From NCBI RefSeq assembly GCF_006345805.1, contig NC_043000.1, positions 62,868,001 to 62,932,000 of the forward strand: a stretch of 64,000 nucleotides of DNA, read 5' to 3'. The position numbers were made by a program, and so were the translations under genes. Source of the stretch: Octopus sinensis (taxonomy: Eukaryota). Under the pieces are notes generated by a model. It ran no database searches and was not told where the DNA came from. It saw only the letters and a program-made list of their open reading frames with translations. This document shows, piece by piece, positions 26,027 through 36,472 of this stretch (the stretch's first letter is position 1; the number at the start of each line of letters is the position of its first letter).

Positions 26027-26496
26027 TATGTTTGTATACATGTGTGTGTAGCTATTTAGGATCTACACAAATTTTATATGATCTTTTTCTTTTTATTTTG
26101 CTTCAAATATAATTCTAGGGAACTGAAAAAGCTGTGTACGATGCCAAGCGAATTTAGCTGTTTACGATAAGCGGATGTTTACATTTTAGCTATTTACATG
26201 TTTACGTTAACTACGTCACAAAATAGCTGTTTACGTCACAGTAACAATATTTTGAGAGGCAGTAAATGATATGATGTCGAAAGAAAGAATACCATTGGTT
26301 AAAATTCGAATTATTAAACAACGTTAAACTTAGAAATTACAATTCCGTTTTCATTTTGGTTTACTGTTATGTTTTCTTTTGACACATTCTACCAGTATAC
26401 GAAGTTTCAAATTGTTTAGTTAACTAGGAAAATCTGGCCTTCAAAATGAAAAGATCCAAATATTGTGTTTATGTATTTGTTTTGCAAGATTCCCGA

Positions 26497-26757
26497 TGTG
26501 AAATAACGTGTTGAAACAGATGTCATATTTCGGGATGGTCATACTTTGCCAAGTGTCTCCTTTACTCTCAACAACAAGACGAGACACGTGGGGTAAAGAG
26601 TCGATGAAGAAGTCACATGATGTGTGTGTGAAATAATGTGCTGAAACAGATGTCATATTTGGGGATGGTCATACTTTGTCAAGTGTTTCCTTTATTCTCA
26701 AGAACAAGACGAGATTCGTGGGATAAAGAGTCGATGAAGAGGTCACAGGATGTGTGA
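26497..26757 (+). repeat. 130-bp tandem duplication (2 copies)
   Basis: tgtgaaataa(c/t)gtg...gaaacagatgtcatatt...gagtcgatgaaga at 26497 and 26627. Confidence 0.85.
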
Positions 26758-29700
26758 TGACACTAAAATAATACTAATGATGATGATGATGATGATAAAG
26801 CTAAAGTGAAGGCCAAGTATATAGTGCACGTGTTTATTCGGTAAAAGTAATGACTATCTCCAAATATAACAAAATAATAAAATATTTTCCTGGACAGTAA
26901 ATACATATGAAGTGTCTGTTGAGTTAGAAAAATTCAAAGCGAATCAAAACCATTAATCAGAGCAGCATAGTTGGATTAAAACCCATCTTACTAGTAATTG
27001 ACACAGTACAAAAAATATATATCTTTTTATTGTTTAAACAAACTGCTTTATTAAGCGTACTTAGAAATAGAAGCTATCTATGTCATCAAAATATATAACG
27101 TATCATGGAATAATGCAAGTATCTACTGCTTGTAAACATATAAGATATTTCGTTCAAGAAGCTGGAAGACAAAACCTCGAATTATTAAGGATGAGTGTTG
27201 CCCAACTGATAGAAATGTCTCTTCAATAATAAGCTTTTAACATACTGCTATTGAGCCTTCACTGTAGTTTCCTATTGGTAGCCACAATCAGTGGTGCACA
27301 AAGTTATATAGCATATTGAATATATCACAATATATTACATGGTATATAAAGCCTGAATTTTCCCCATGAGAAACACATCGTAACAACTGGAAGATTTGTT
27401 ACATCTAAATGTTAATCTATTGAATCAGTTCTCTATTTTAAACTATTTTGACATACATAGACGCATTTGTTTTTAATGGTGTAATCAGAAGAGGAAGGAC
27501 GGCGTCCATGACAAGTTTCGGGTTGGAGGAAGTTATCCTGAGATCAACGACATGCCTGTTGCAACAGTGTGAACGCGTTAAGAGCTAACACTAGCCTGGT
27601 TGCAATGTTAACAAATTTTAGACACACACACACATATATACGACGGGCTTCCTTCAACCTCCGTCTACCAAATCCACTCACAAGGCTTTGGTTGGCCCGA
27701 GGCTATTGTAGGAAACAATGGCCCAAGGTGCCATGCAGTGGGACTGAACCCGGAACTATGTGGTTGATAAGCAAGCTACTTACCACTCAGCCATGCCTCT
27801 AAATTTTAGAGGGGAACAGTCCACTGCAACGAAACAAGTTCTCTTTTTAAAGACTTAGACGAATAGCTGTCTTATCAAACCGGCCGAAAATGAGCCTACC
27901 ACTTAACTGGCATTTGTATTACTGATTCGAGAATGACGAAAAGCAAAGTTGATTTTGGCGGAATTGACATTTTATCCGTTAAATATATGTACAACATATG
28001 TTGCATACCCACGCTCATTCGCTAACATACAAAGTAGTTGTATGTATATATGTTTTACATACTTTAGTTTACAAAGATATGTAGGTACAATTATTCATAA
28101 ATCATTAGTGATGCATTGGTGCAACTAAAAGTATTTATATTCATTACGTTTCATTTCACATAAAAGATTAACAAGGGTAGTAGAATTGTCTAATTGCAGT
28201 TATTACAGAAAGAGTTAAAAGACTCCAAACACCTACTTGTTTATGTAGACTAAATCGTTAGTCAGGCAGAAAACCCTCGAGTTACTACTGCTAGAGGAGT
28301 AGATCAAATGTAATGAGGATAAAGTAAGAAATATTGTTGTAGCAGGGAACTGAGCCATTTTTGTGCCTGAGTTGCATCGTCATCTTTATCGTTTAAACGT
28401 CCACATTTCCATGCTTGCATGGGTCAGACAGAATTCAATGAGGTAGATTTTCTACGGCTGAATGCCCGTCTTATCACCAACCCGCACGTTTTTCCAAACA
28501 AGATAATATTTCCTCATCCGGACATGTCGCTATGGAGGATTGGAAACGAATGACACCGCTTGTATGACGGTGGCACTCGTTTATAACTATCATACGGTGA
28601 CAAGACAAAGAAGCATAAACATGCACATGCACGATGGGTTTCTTTCAGTTTCCATCTACCAAATCCACTGACAAGTCTTTAGTCGACCAAGGGTTACAGT
28701 ACAAGACACTTTCCTAAAGTGCCATGCTGTATGACTGAACTCGAGATCACAAGGCTGGGATGCAAACTTCTTAATCACATATCCATGCGTGACTAGGAAT
28801 TAATCCCTTGAAGTTTACAGAGCTTGCAATGCCTTGTGTGAGGCGTTGTAATTATTTGCGGTGCTAATTTATGGATTGATAAACTTGTTCATTGGCTGTT
28901 AAGCAACTTTGACAGGGAACTAGCGCAGTACGAACTGTCTACCATTCGGAAAATATATGAACGATTCACTCTGCTTCGGCAGGTACGTTTGAATGCATGC
29001 AGGTGCAAGTTACTCACTTCGTCCAGAAACTTAGAATTTGCTGACCTTGATCAATTATGGTCAATGAGTAAAACACGTTCAACTCATTAGTAGCCTGAGA
29101 AAAACAATCGCTTAATCGGCAAATTTAAAAGTTCTATAATTCTCAGATCTATCTATGATTATGTTACATTCCCTTTTGATTGTTAAATTGTCCAACAAGT
29201 AGGCTAATTTAAATTGTCTTTATGATGCACCGTTACGAATCATAGTAATATTTTATTTCATATTAAGTAAACATCGAGTGGTCATACTTGTTCCTCATTT
29301 TATGTTGTCTATTTGTTTTATAATAGACATTTCTTTTCTAGATTCGATTTCACGGCGTTTAATCTTAGTTAAGTGCCCCTCCCATAGTCATGTGTTGACG
29401 GAAACCTTGTAAGTGAATTTGGATAGATGGAGAGCGAATGAAAGCCTGTCAGATGGATCGTACCTTTAATTCAAAGGTCCAGCCTTGATATGTTTCTATT
29501 ACTTTGATTCTACCTCCGAGTTACGTTATGGGTACACTGACTGTGGAATACTCAGTCACTTTGCCCGCTAATTCATAGAATAGGTGGTCCATTTGATCGA
29601 ACATCTTGACCAGGAGTTCTCAACCATTTTTTATCTATGGACACTTTGATTACTATTTTAATATTGGATATGTTTAGCGTGATCCAGTCTGTTGCAAACT

Positions 29701-29905
29701 TCCAAGTCAGGTCTCTGAGAACAAATTCCTCCCTTCGTCCTACAAGCCCTGACAAATTGTCGCGGGCGCTTCATGTCTTCTTCTGAGTAAGCCATCAAAA
29801 GAAAAAAAATCTTTATATCTGTTTGAATACTTACAACGATAAAATAATTTTTTCTCTCATAAATCTGATCTGTTTTATGACATCTTAAAATAGTAAAAGT
29901 CTTAT

Positions 29906-30280
29906 GTGGAAGCACTCCGCCGGTTACGACGACGAGGGTTCCGGTTGATCCGATCAACAGCCTGCTCGTGAAATTAACGTGTAAGTGGCTGAGCACTCCA
30001 CAGACACGTGTACCCTTAACGTAGTTCTCGGGGATATTCAGCGTGACACAGAGAGTGACAAGGCCGGCCCTTTGAAATACAGGCACAACAGAAATAGGAA
30101 GTAAGAGAAAGTTGTGGTGAAAGAGTACAGCAGGGATCACCACCATCCCTGCCGGAGCCTCGTGGAGCTTTAGGTGTTTTCGCTCAATAAACACTCACAA
30201 CGCTCGGTCTGGGAATCGAAACTGCGATCCTACGACCGCGAGTCCGCTGCCCTAACCACTGGGCCATTGCGCCTCCACTC
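29906..30280 (-). mobile_element. Full-length tRNA-derived SINE family D with TSD
   Basis: A box tggcccagtgg and B-box-like gtttcgattcc. 11-bp TSD AAAAGTCTTAT at 29895-29905 and 30281-30291. A 3' part of another copy lies at ~47560-47735. Confidence 0.85.
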
Positions 30281-30469
30281 AAAAGTCTTATATATATATA
30301 TATATATATAACAAGCAAAGTAGCTAGTTAGAAAATCTCAGTAAGAGAAGGAAGTAGTAACTATACTCGGAAGTAATGTTTATCGTCACATCAATATGAT
30401 TGTTCGACGTTACTACTGTTTAATTCCAGGCAGAGCGGCCCCCAGCTGGTTATCCGTGCAATCGTACCC

Positions 30470-30518
30470 GGTACACTGAAGATGGGTACAAATAACCCGA
30501 AATTATTTGGTCTGGTGA
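30470..30518 (+). ncRNA. Type I hammerhead motif, first of a tandem pair (degenerate)
   Basis: CUGAAGA-U-GGGU(7 nt)ACCC-GAAAU-U-AUUU-G-GUC|UGGUGA, with the predicted cut after 30512. Confidence 0.55.
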
Positions 30519-30770
30519 TCCCGACGTCTGATAGAAGATGGTAGGGGCTTGCTCCCCTGCTTGTAATATACATTGGGTGCAGATTGCACCAATAATCAGC
30601 TGACGGAGGCTCAGCCTGGAATTAAATAGTACATTACTTTTCAGTATAGTTACTACTTTCATCTCTTATTGAGATTTTTTAAGTAGCTACTTTGCTAGTT
30701 GCAAGATCATTGACTGATTATCACTTAGTTTTCTATATATTGTGAGCTGCTATCTTTAGCGGTCAGATGT

Positions 30771-30819
30771 TCACCCCTGAAGGTAGGAACAAACAGCCTG
30801 AAACCGTTCGGTTTGGTGA
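30771..30819 (+). ncRNA. Type I hammerhead motif, second of a tandem pair (degenerate)
   Basis: UCACC(C)-CUGAAGG-U-AGG(9 nt)CCU-GAAAC-C-GUUC-G-GUU|UGGUGA, with the predicted cut after 30813. A9 is G in this copy. Confidence 0.55.
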
Positions 30820-31149
30820 TCCCGTCGTCTTTCAGAAGATAGTAGGGGTTTGCTCCCCTGCTTGCAACATATACAGAGTGCAGATTGCACCGATAACCAG
30901 GTGCCTGGGGTTAGACGTAGTAACGTCGAACAGCCATACTGATGTGGCAATAAACGTTACTTTTATGTGTATGTATGTGTGCAGAGAAAATAGAATTATG
31001 TTTCGTATGACAGTCTATGCAAAACAGTAGGTTTACTGTTAATCCTAATTGTTTTAGCATCACAAATGCAATTAACTAAAGCTTAAAGCAAACGTCTTTC
31101 CCAGTTTCCAATAGTTTCACACAATTAAGCTGTAGTGACGCCAGATTCC

Positions 31150-31240
31150 AGACGCCATTTTGGGATTTTCATCTACGCATGTGCAAGTATTGGTCTTCCG
31201 GAAGGCCTGCCGGAAGTCCCTTATGCGCATGCGCAGTCAT
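31150..31240. promoter_or_regulatory. CpG-rich housekeeping-type promoter motif cluster inside the SLC4 intron
   Basis: YY1-like CGCCATTTT 31153-31161, NRF1-like ACGCATGTGCA 31175-31185, ETS palindrome CTTCCGGAAG 31195-31204, ETS GCCGGAAGT 31209-31217 and perfect NRF1 TGCGCATGCGCA 31224-31235. Confidence 0.6.
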
Positions 31241-32229
31241 CAGCAGAAGCTAGGTTTTACCGCTATTCTTTCTTTTTGCTTCCTGCTGCCTACAGAACCA
31301 GACAAGCTCCGTGTAAAGGCGAATATGACTTAGGTGAATCTGTGAAGAATGCGTTCACAATTGTGATTTAAACCGACTCTGCTGCTTCCACGCACAAAGC
31401 GTCCTACCGATGTCCAGAGATGAAATGCTTATTTCGGCGAAAATGAATTATTATTGTTATTTGTTCGGAGATTCGTGTTCCCGCTGTTTTCCTTTCTACA
31501 ACTATGTAAGGAAATGTGAGACACCCAACTGGTGCCAACATCACATCTTACAAAGCATTTCTACTTGATACATTGCAGTAGTTAGTTTTATTCGTGGAAA
31601 AGAGGAGTTTTTATTTTTTCCTTCTTTACAGATTGAAACTTATTTTGCTTACAAGTACATAAGAAACTAAGCAATGCTACTAAGTCCAGCCTGTGTTAAC
31701 TACGATGGATTAATTTTTATATTCCACGGAAACAGAATTATGTACTGGTGATCTAAGTATACTCGTGTGAATGTTTAATGAGAAGTTATAATGAAAATCT
31801 AAAGGAAAGCTCCGTGGATTATAATGTGATGAAAAGAAAGCAGAATTTTGGATGAATTTCATTTCACCTTAGCAACAGGAATTAACTGCTTCAGCAGCCG
31901 ATAAAATAATTCCGATTCTCTGAATAGTTAATTGGTCTCATGCTTGGAATATAATCTCTTACACATTTTAAAACATTGCTCCTGAGAATCGCATGGTAAA
32001 TTCAGTAAGAAGTTTCTGATGTTTCAAGACTGGGATCGATTTTCAAATCCCAGTTAGAACAATTTCACTTCTTTAATGTCGCCAATATCTTTGAAGGTTA
32101 TCTGTATCCACTCATAATTGATACAAGCAATCTTCTATTGTTGTTTTACCCAGCTCAACTCTGATCAATAGGCGCCCCAGTCAGCTGTTATCTTTGTGTC
32201 TCTTTACAAGGATCTAGAACTACTTTATC

Positions 32230-32479
32230 TGAGCTTTTCCCTTTCAACGGCAGATTGAGAAATAATTTTTTGCAACTAAACACATTCAAACTTCGGACAT
32301 GGGTAGAAATTACCGAAATACAACTTTAACACGAAATAACTTTGAAAATAGAAAATTTTCTCAACAACGCTAAGAGCAAAATATGTTTTATATGACACAT
32401 TCTATCAGTGTCCGAAGTTTGAAAGTGTTTAGTTGCAAAAAATTAATTTCTCGATCTGCCGTTGAAAGGGAAAAGATCC
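32230..32479. mobile_element. 250-bp MITE related to the GGATC long-TIR family
   Basis: TIRs cttttccctttcaacggcaga / tctgccgttgaaagggaaaagatcc and TSD ACTTTATC at 32222-32229 and 32480-32487. Confidence 0.8.
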
Positions 32480-32492
32480 ACTTTATCCAATG

Positions 32493-32746
32493 CAGTGTTT
32501 CTTAACCATTTTTTGCCTATGGACACCTTTGATTCTTGTTTTTACTTGGTTGGACGCTTATAGTCATTCCATATTTTTTAAAAATCGTATTATACATTTA
32601 TAATTAAATATTATTAGAGATTGCATAAAAAATTGAAATATTTCGTGTATTGTAGAAGCATAACTAATTTATTGCACACAAACTTTAACAAAGAATATCT
32701 TATGTCGACCCCTAAGGGTCATATGGACCTTGGCTGAGAATCACTG
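32493..32746. mobile_element. hAT (Charlie-like) MITE
   Basis: Termini cagtgtttcttaacc and ggctgagaatcactg. A half copy in inverted orientation lies at 33710-33872. Confidence 0.6.
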
Positions 32747-33369
32747 ATTTTAATGTGTCTTTCCTTTTGAAGAAGGTAGATCGTGAGATTTGGCTGTTAT
32801 TTCTAGTATATCAAGATCCCTCATTGTCCCGGCTTGTTTGCATATAAATCAACTTCTAGAAGAATACCAGAACTGTCGATGTGTAGAAATACTAGCCAAG
32901 TCCCCTCAATTTCCCTTGAAAAAGGAAGAACATATTGGATAATGTATTCTCCTTGCTATACTAATATTGAAAACAAGACGTAATAGTCAGGTTAATTTGT
33001 CTTTGATCAATGAAGACTTGGAATTAATTTACCACCACAACAACGAAGTGAAACAGTAGGAGCACCAATGGCTTCGTATGAACCATTAACTAGTTTCCCT
33101 TGTGAGCATGAGTGTTGAAAATGGACCCGTTTATACCAACTCTTCATGATTATAACGAGGTTGACATCTAAGTTACCGAACACACACACACACACACACT
33201 CTCTCTCTCTCTGGTAAAGACACGCTTTTTCTGTTCCTGTATCAACAATTTCAACTTTCTTAATAAGTAAAGCTTTTATATAATTGTTAGGACTGCTATA
33301 CTGTCTTATATATAAAATATTTAAAAAACGCATAAAAATAATATCGTCCTACATACCCCTAAGGACCAT

Positions 33370-33708
33370 GGCTCAATCACTCAATGGTTAGAGTGTCGAA
33401 CTCACAATCATGAGGTAGTGAGTTCGATTCCCGGACCGGGCTGCGAGTTAGGTTCTTGAGCAAAACACTTTATTTCATGTTGTTCCAGTTCATTCAGCTG
33501 TAGAAATGAATTGTAACGTCACTGACGCCAAGCTGTATCGGCCTTTGCCTTTCCCCTGGACAACATCGGTGGCATGGAGAGGGGAGGCTGGTATAAATGG
33601 GCGACTGCTGGCCTTCAACAAAAACACCCTTGCCGGACTTGTGCCTCGTAGGGGAACTTTGTAGGTGCAATCTCATGGCCATTCATGACCGAAGTGGGGC
33701 TCTTTACT
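33370..33708 (+). mobile_element. tRNA-derived SINE family C
   Basis: tggttagagtg...gagttcgattcc head followed by a cttgagcaaaacactt...cagctgtagaaatg body. Confidence 0.7.
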
Positions 33709-33709
33709 T

Positions 33710-33872
33710 CAACAATACACAAAATATTTTAAGAACTTTTTAAAAACAATTCCTAATAATATTTAATTGTAAAAATATATGATTTTTTTTAAACATCGAA
33801 TAGCTAGTAGGATCCATCTGAGTGAAACAGGAATCAAATAGATCCATAGGCAAAAATGATTGAGAAACACTG
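33710..33872 (-). mobile_element. Half copy of the 32493-32746 hAT MITE
   Basis: Reverse complement starts cagtgtttctcaatcatttttgcctatgga and follows the first ~160 bp of the 32493 copy. Confidence 0.55.
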
Positions 33873-34164
33873 CACTAAGTGAAAATCATCATAGTTAGAA
33901 TATTTGAGCTGAAACAATAACAACATCCGCAACAACACTTGCTCTCCAATCTACCATTTCTGCCACTTCTGTCACTTTCCTCCACATCTCTGTTACCATC
34001 GATAACCCTCAAATCTCGATTTAAAAAATTTACTTTGCAATAATTAAGTTCTGGTTTCGATTCTATACCGTGGCATCTTGAGCAAGTGTGTTTACCATAG
34101 CTTTGAGTCAACCTAAACATTATGAATAAAATTAGACGGAAACTGTATGGCACCCTGTTGGATG

Positions 34165-34930
34165 GATTTATCTTTTACTTGTCTCAGTCATTAGACTCTA
34201 GCTATGCTGGGGCGCTGTTTTGAAGAATCATTTAGTCGAATGAATAGACCCCAGAACTTATTTTTTTAAGCCCGGTTCTTATTCTATCGAACTCTTTCGC
34301 TGAACTACTAATTTCCGGGCCCGTAACACACCAAAACCGGTCGTCACGCAGTGGTGGGGACAAGCTCAGACACAAAGAAACACACACACACACATCGATC
34401 GAATCCCTCAATGAATTTACACGGGATCTCCTAACGACAATGTAAACTTTCTATAATCAAGGTATATTTGGCCTGAAGAGTAGCTTGCAGCATACCCCTC
34501 GTTTGGATAATTTATCCCTTACGAGATTCCGCAAGCTGTGAAACATATGTAGCCTGGATTTTATCTACTCCATTCCCTAAATTTTGGATGTTTATTCGCA
34601 TATACAACAACCCCTGTTGCTAACCGTGAACTATAAAATCAACCTTCTTTCAGTTTATCGTACTTCGCTCGATACAGGAAAATTTTAAAACTTTCTGCAC
34701 CAATAAACCGCTGGTGTTCCTGAAAATTGTTTTTTATACATTCTACAGATTGCTTGAAGCTTACTAACTTCCTACACCTTGATCCTTGGATTTTATCTTT
34801 ACACACACACATATACGACGGGCTTCTTTTAGTTTTTATCTACCAAATCCACTCACAGGGCTTTGGCCCGAGGCTATAGTAGAAAACATTTGCCAAAGAT
34901 GCCACGCAGTGAGACTGAACCCGGAACCAT
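34165..34930 (-). mobile_element. SINE family A copy split by a ~400-bp insertion in its (CA)n tract
   Basis: 3' half at 34165-34395 and 5' half at 34800-34930, in the correct order and orientation. Confidence 0.65.
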
Positions 34931-35089
34931 GTGGTTATCTGAATATTATGCTAAGAGTACACGTCTGCGGAATACGCAACCAGTTAATGATTAATTTAAT
35001 GAACCAGGTGTTCACCTAATCGAACAACCGAGTGCTCATCGTCAAAACCATCGGTGCATCCATCTTCTCGGTAGCTAATAAACTCACTG

Positions 35090-35340
35090 ACTTACATTTA
35101 TATCACAACCTTCCCTCTTCTTATCTGCTCCATTTCTTCTTTGCACGGGGTTGTCCCGAATTTACAGCCAGCACTGCGCTGCTCCCGGCCTGGTCACTGA
35201 CCGAATCCTATCACGCATACACCACAACTATTCCCACTTCCCTTTCTTTCTACTTTACGCTCAACGGCTCTGTTACTTCAACGGGCTATTCTCACAAATT
35301 TCGCTTCCTTTCTTCTGACCCTCAAGCTGCTCTTATCTTT
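35090..35340 (+). mobile_element. CR1/L2-group LINE 3' remnant
   Basis: LLHFFFARGCPEFTA...HAYTTTIPT...SSDPQA weakly resembles the same C-terminus. Ends in a (CT)n tract. Confidence 0.4.
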
Positions 35341-35344
35341 CCAT

Positions 35345-35348
<4 letters not shown>

Positions 35349-35414
<66 letters not shown>

Positions 35415-35471
35415 ACTCACTCACTCACTCACTCACTCACTCACTCACTCACACACACACACACACACACA
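35349..35471. repeat. Compound (CT)n-(CACT)n-(CA)n microsatellite
   Basis: Direct reading. Confidence 0.95.
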
Positions 35472-36333
35472 CCATCAGGAAAGTCGTTCAGCAATAAGTG
35501 ATACTATCTCAAACGGTAAACATTTCCTTTTTATCATAATCATCATCGTTTAACGTCCGTTTTCGACACAGGCATGTGTTGGACGGTTTGGCATTAAGCT
35601 GGCCAGGCGGGGAGCTGTTCAAAATCCAATTGTCTCTTGTGACATAGTTTCTGTGGCTGGATGCCCCACATAGACAAATTCATATTCGAACGTTCCTTCG
35701 TCACCTCCAAATAGTTTTTTAGGTTTAAATACGAGAAGCAGTTGTTGTAATTGCTGCTCGATCGAGCAGAGCTATGATAATATGTAGTCCAATCACGACC
35801 ATCTCGTCTTGTTTTATGCATAGTGTACTGATTGTATTATTGTGCCCTACCCAACTTATAGCCGTCACTAGCAGGTGAGTCTGGCTTGGTACATGTAACA
35901 ACCATATTTCACTAATCGTTTTACGTGCCCATGTAGTTGCAAGTATATATAGACACCTACTCAAACTTCCAACCCTTACTGCGAAGAACAACCAGGATGT
36001 AACTGTTGGAGGAAGGAGAGGGAGTTGCACCAGTACTCGGCTGGTACTCATTTTCATCTGATTTTACCGGAGTAACATGAACTTAGGGCTTTGCTCAAAA
36101 CTACATGTCACTCGGTCCTGAATTATGAGATCCTACGACCTTGTAATCACGAGCCCAAAATCCTAACTACACGACTTCATTTACCTAATCCAATATGTCC
36201 TTTCTTAAAATGATAGTATGAATGATTTGAAGGAAATTTAACCGCTATTTTTAGCAGGTGGAGTGACGTTACACGTTGGCTAAAAATACTGTGAGTTTAA
36301 GTGATACTAGAGAAAAAACGTTTCGTTTCTTAC

Positions 36334-36472
36334 CTGGCAGCTTCACTCCAATGATAATCTCCATTAGAATTCTGCAGGTTATCCATTTGACAGAAAACAT
36401 CATGCGTGACATGTTCCTCATCCTCAACCTCGCCCAAAAGGTTCTGTATTTGCTCAGAAGGGGATAAATACA
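36334..36472 (-). CDS. SLC4A8/SLC4A10-like: SLC4 bicarbonate transporter coding exon (139 bp, phase 1 to 2)
   Basis: Acceptor ttttctttttctgtttttag and donor gccag|gtaaga. Translates (V)YLSPSEQIQNLLGEVEDEEHVTHDVFCQMDNLQNSNGDYHWSEAA(R), aligning by eye to vertebrate TPSQRVQFILGTEEDEEHVPHELFTELDEI...WKETAR. Confidence 0.92.

Larger units (their letters stand above)
24476..26457. mobile_element. Non-autonomous long-TIR DNA transposon, same family, longer copy
   Basis: GGATC...GATCC termini, ~240-bp imperfect TIRs sharing the core gaaacttcgtatactggtagaatgtgtca, and TSD AAATATTG at 24468-24475 and 26458-26465. Confidence 0.8.
30311..30964 (+). mobile_element. Penelope-like/retrozyme-like 301-bp tandem unit with an abutting inverted partial copy
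   Basis: Direct repeat with period 301 (30476 versus 30777). 30311-30470 is an inverted copy of the unit's downstream part, which also appears at 30575-30703 and 30878-30964. Confidence 0.65.

Noticed and set aside
31826-31923. C/D-box snoRNA-like GTGATGA...CTGA
   Set aside because: Weak terminal stem, no clear C'/D' boxes and no recognisable rRNA guide; common by chance in AT-rich DNA.
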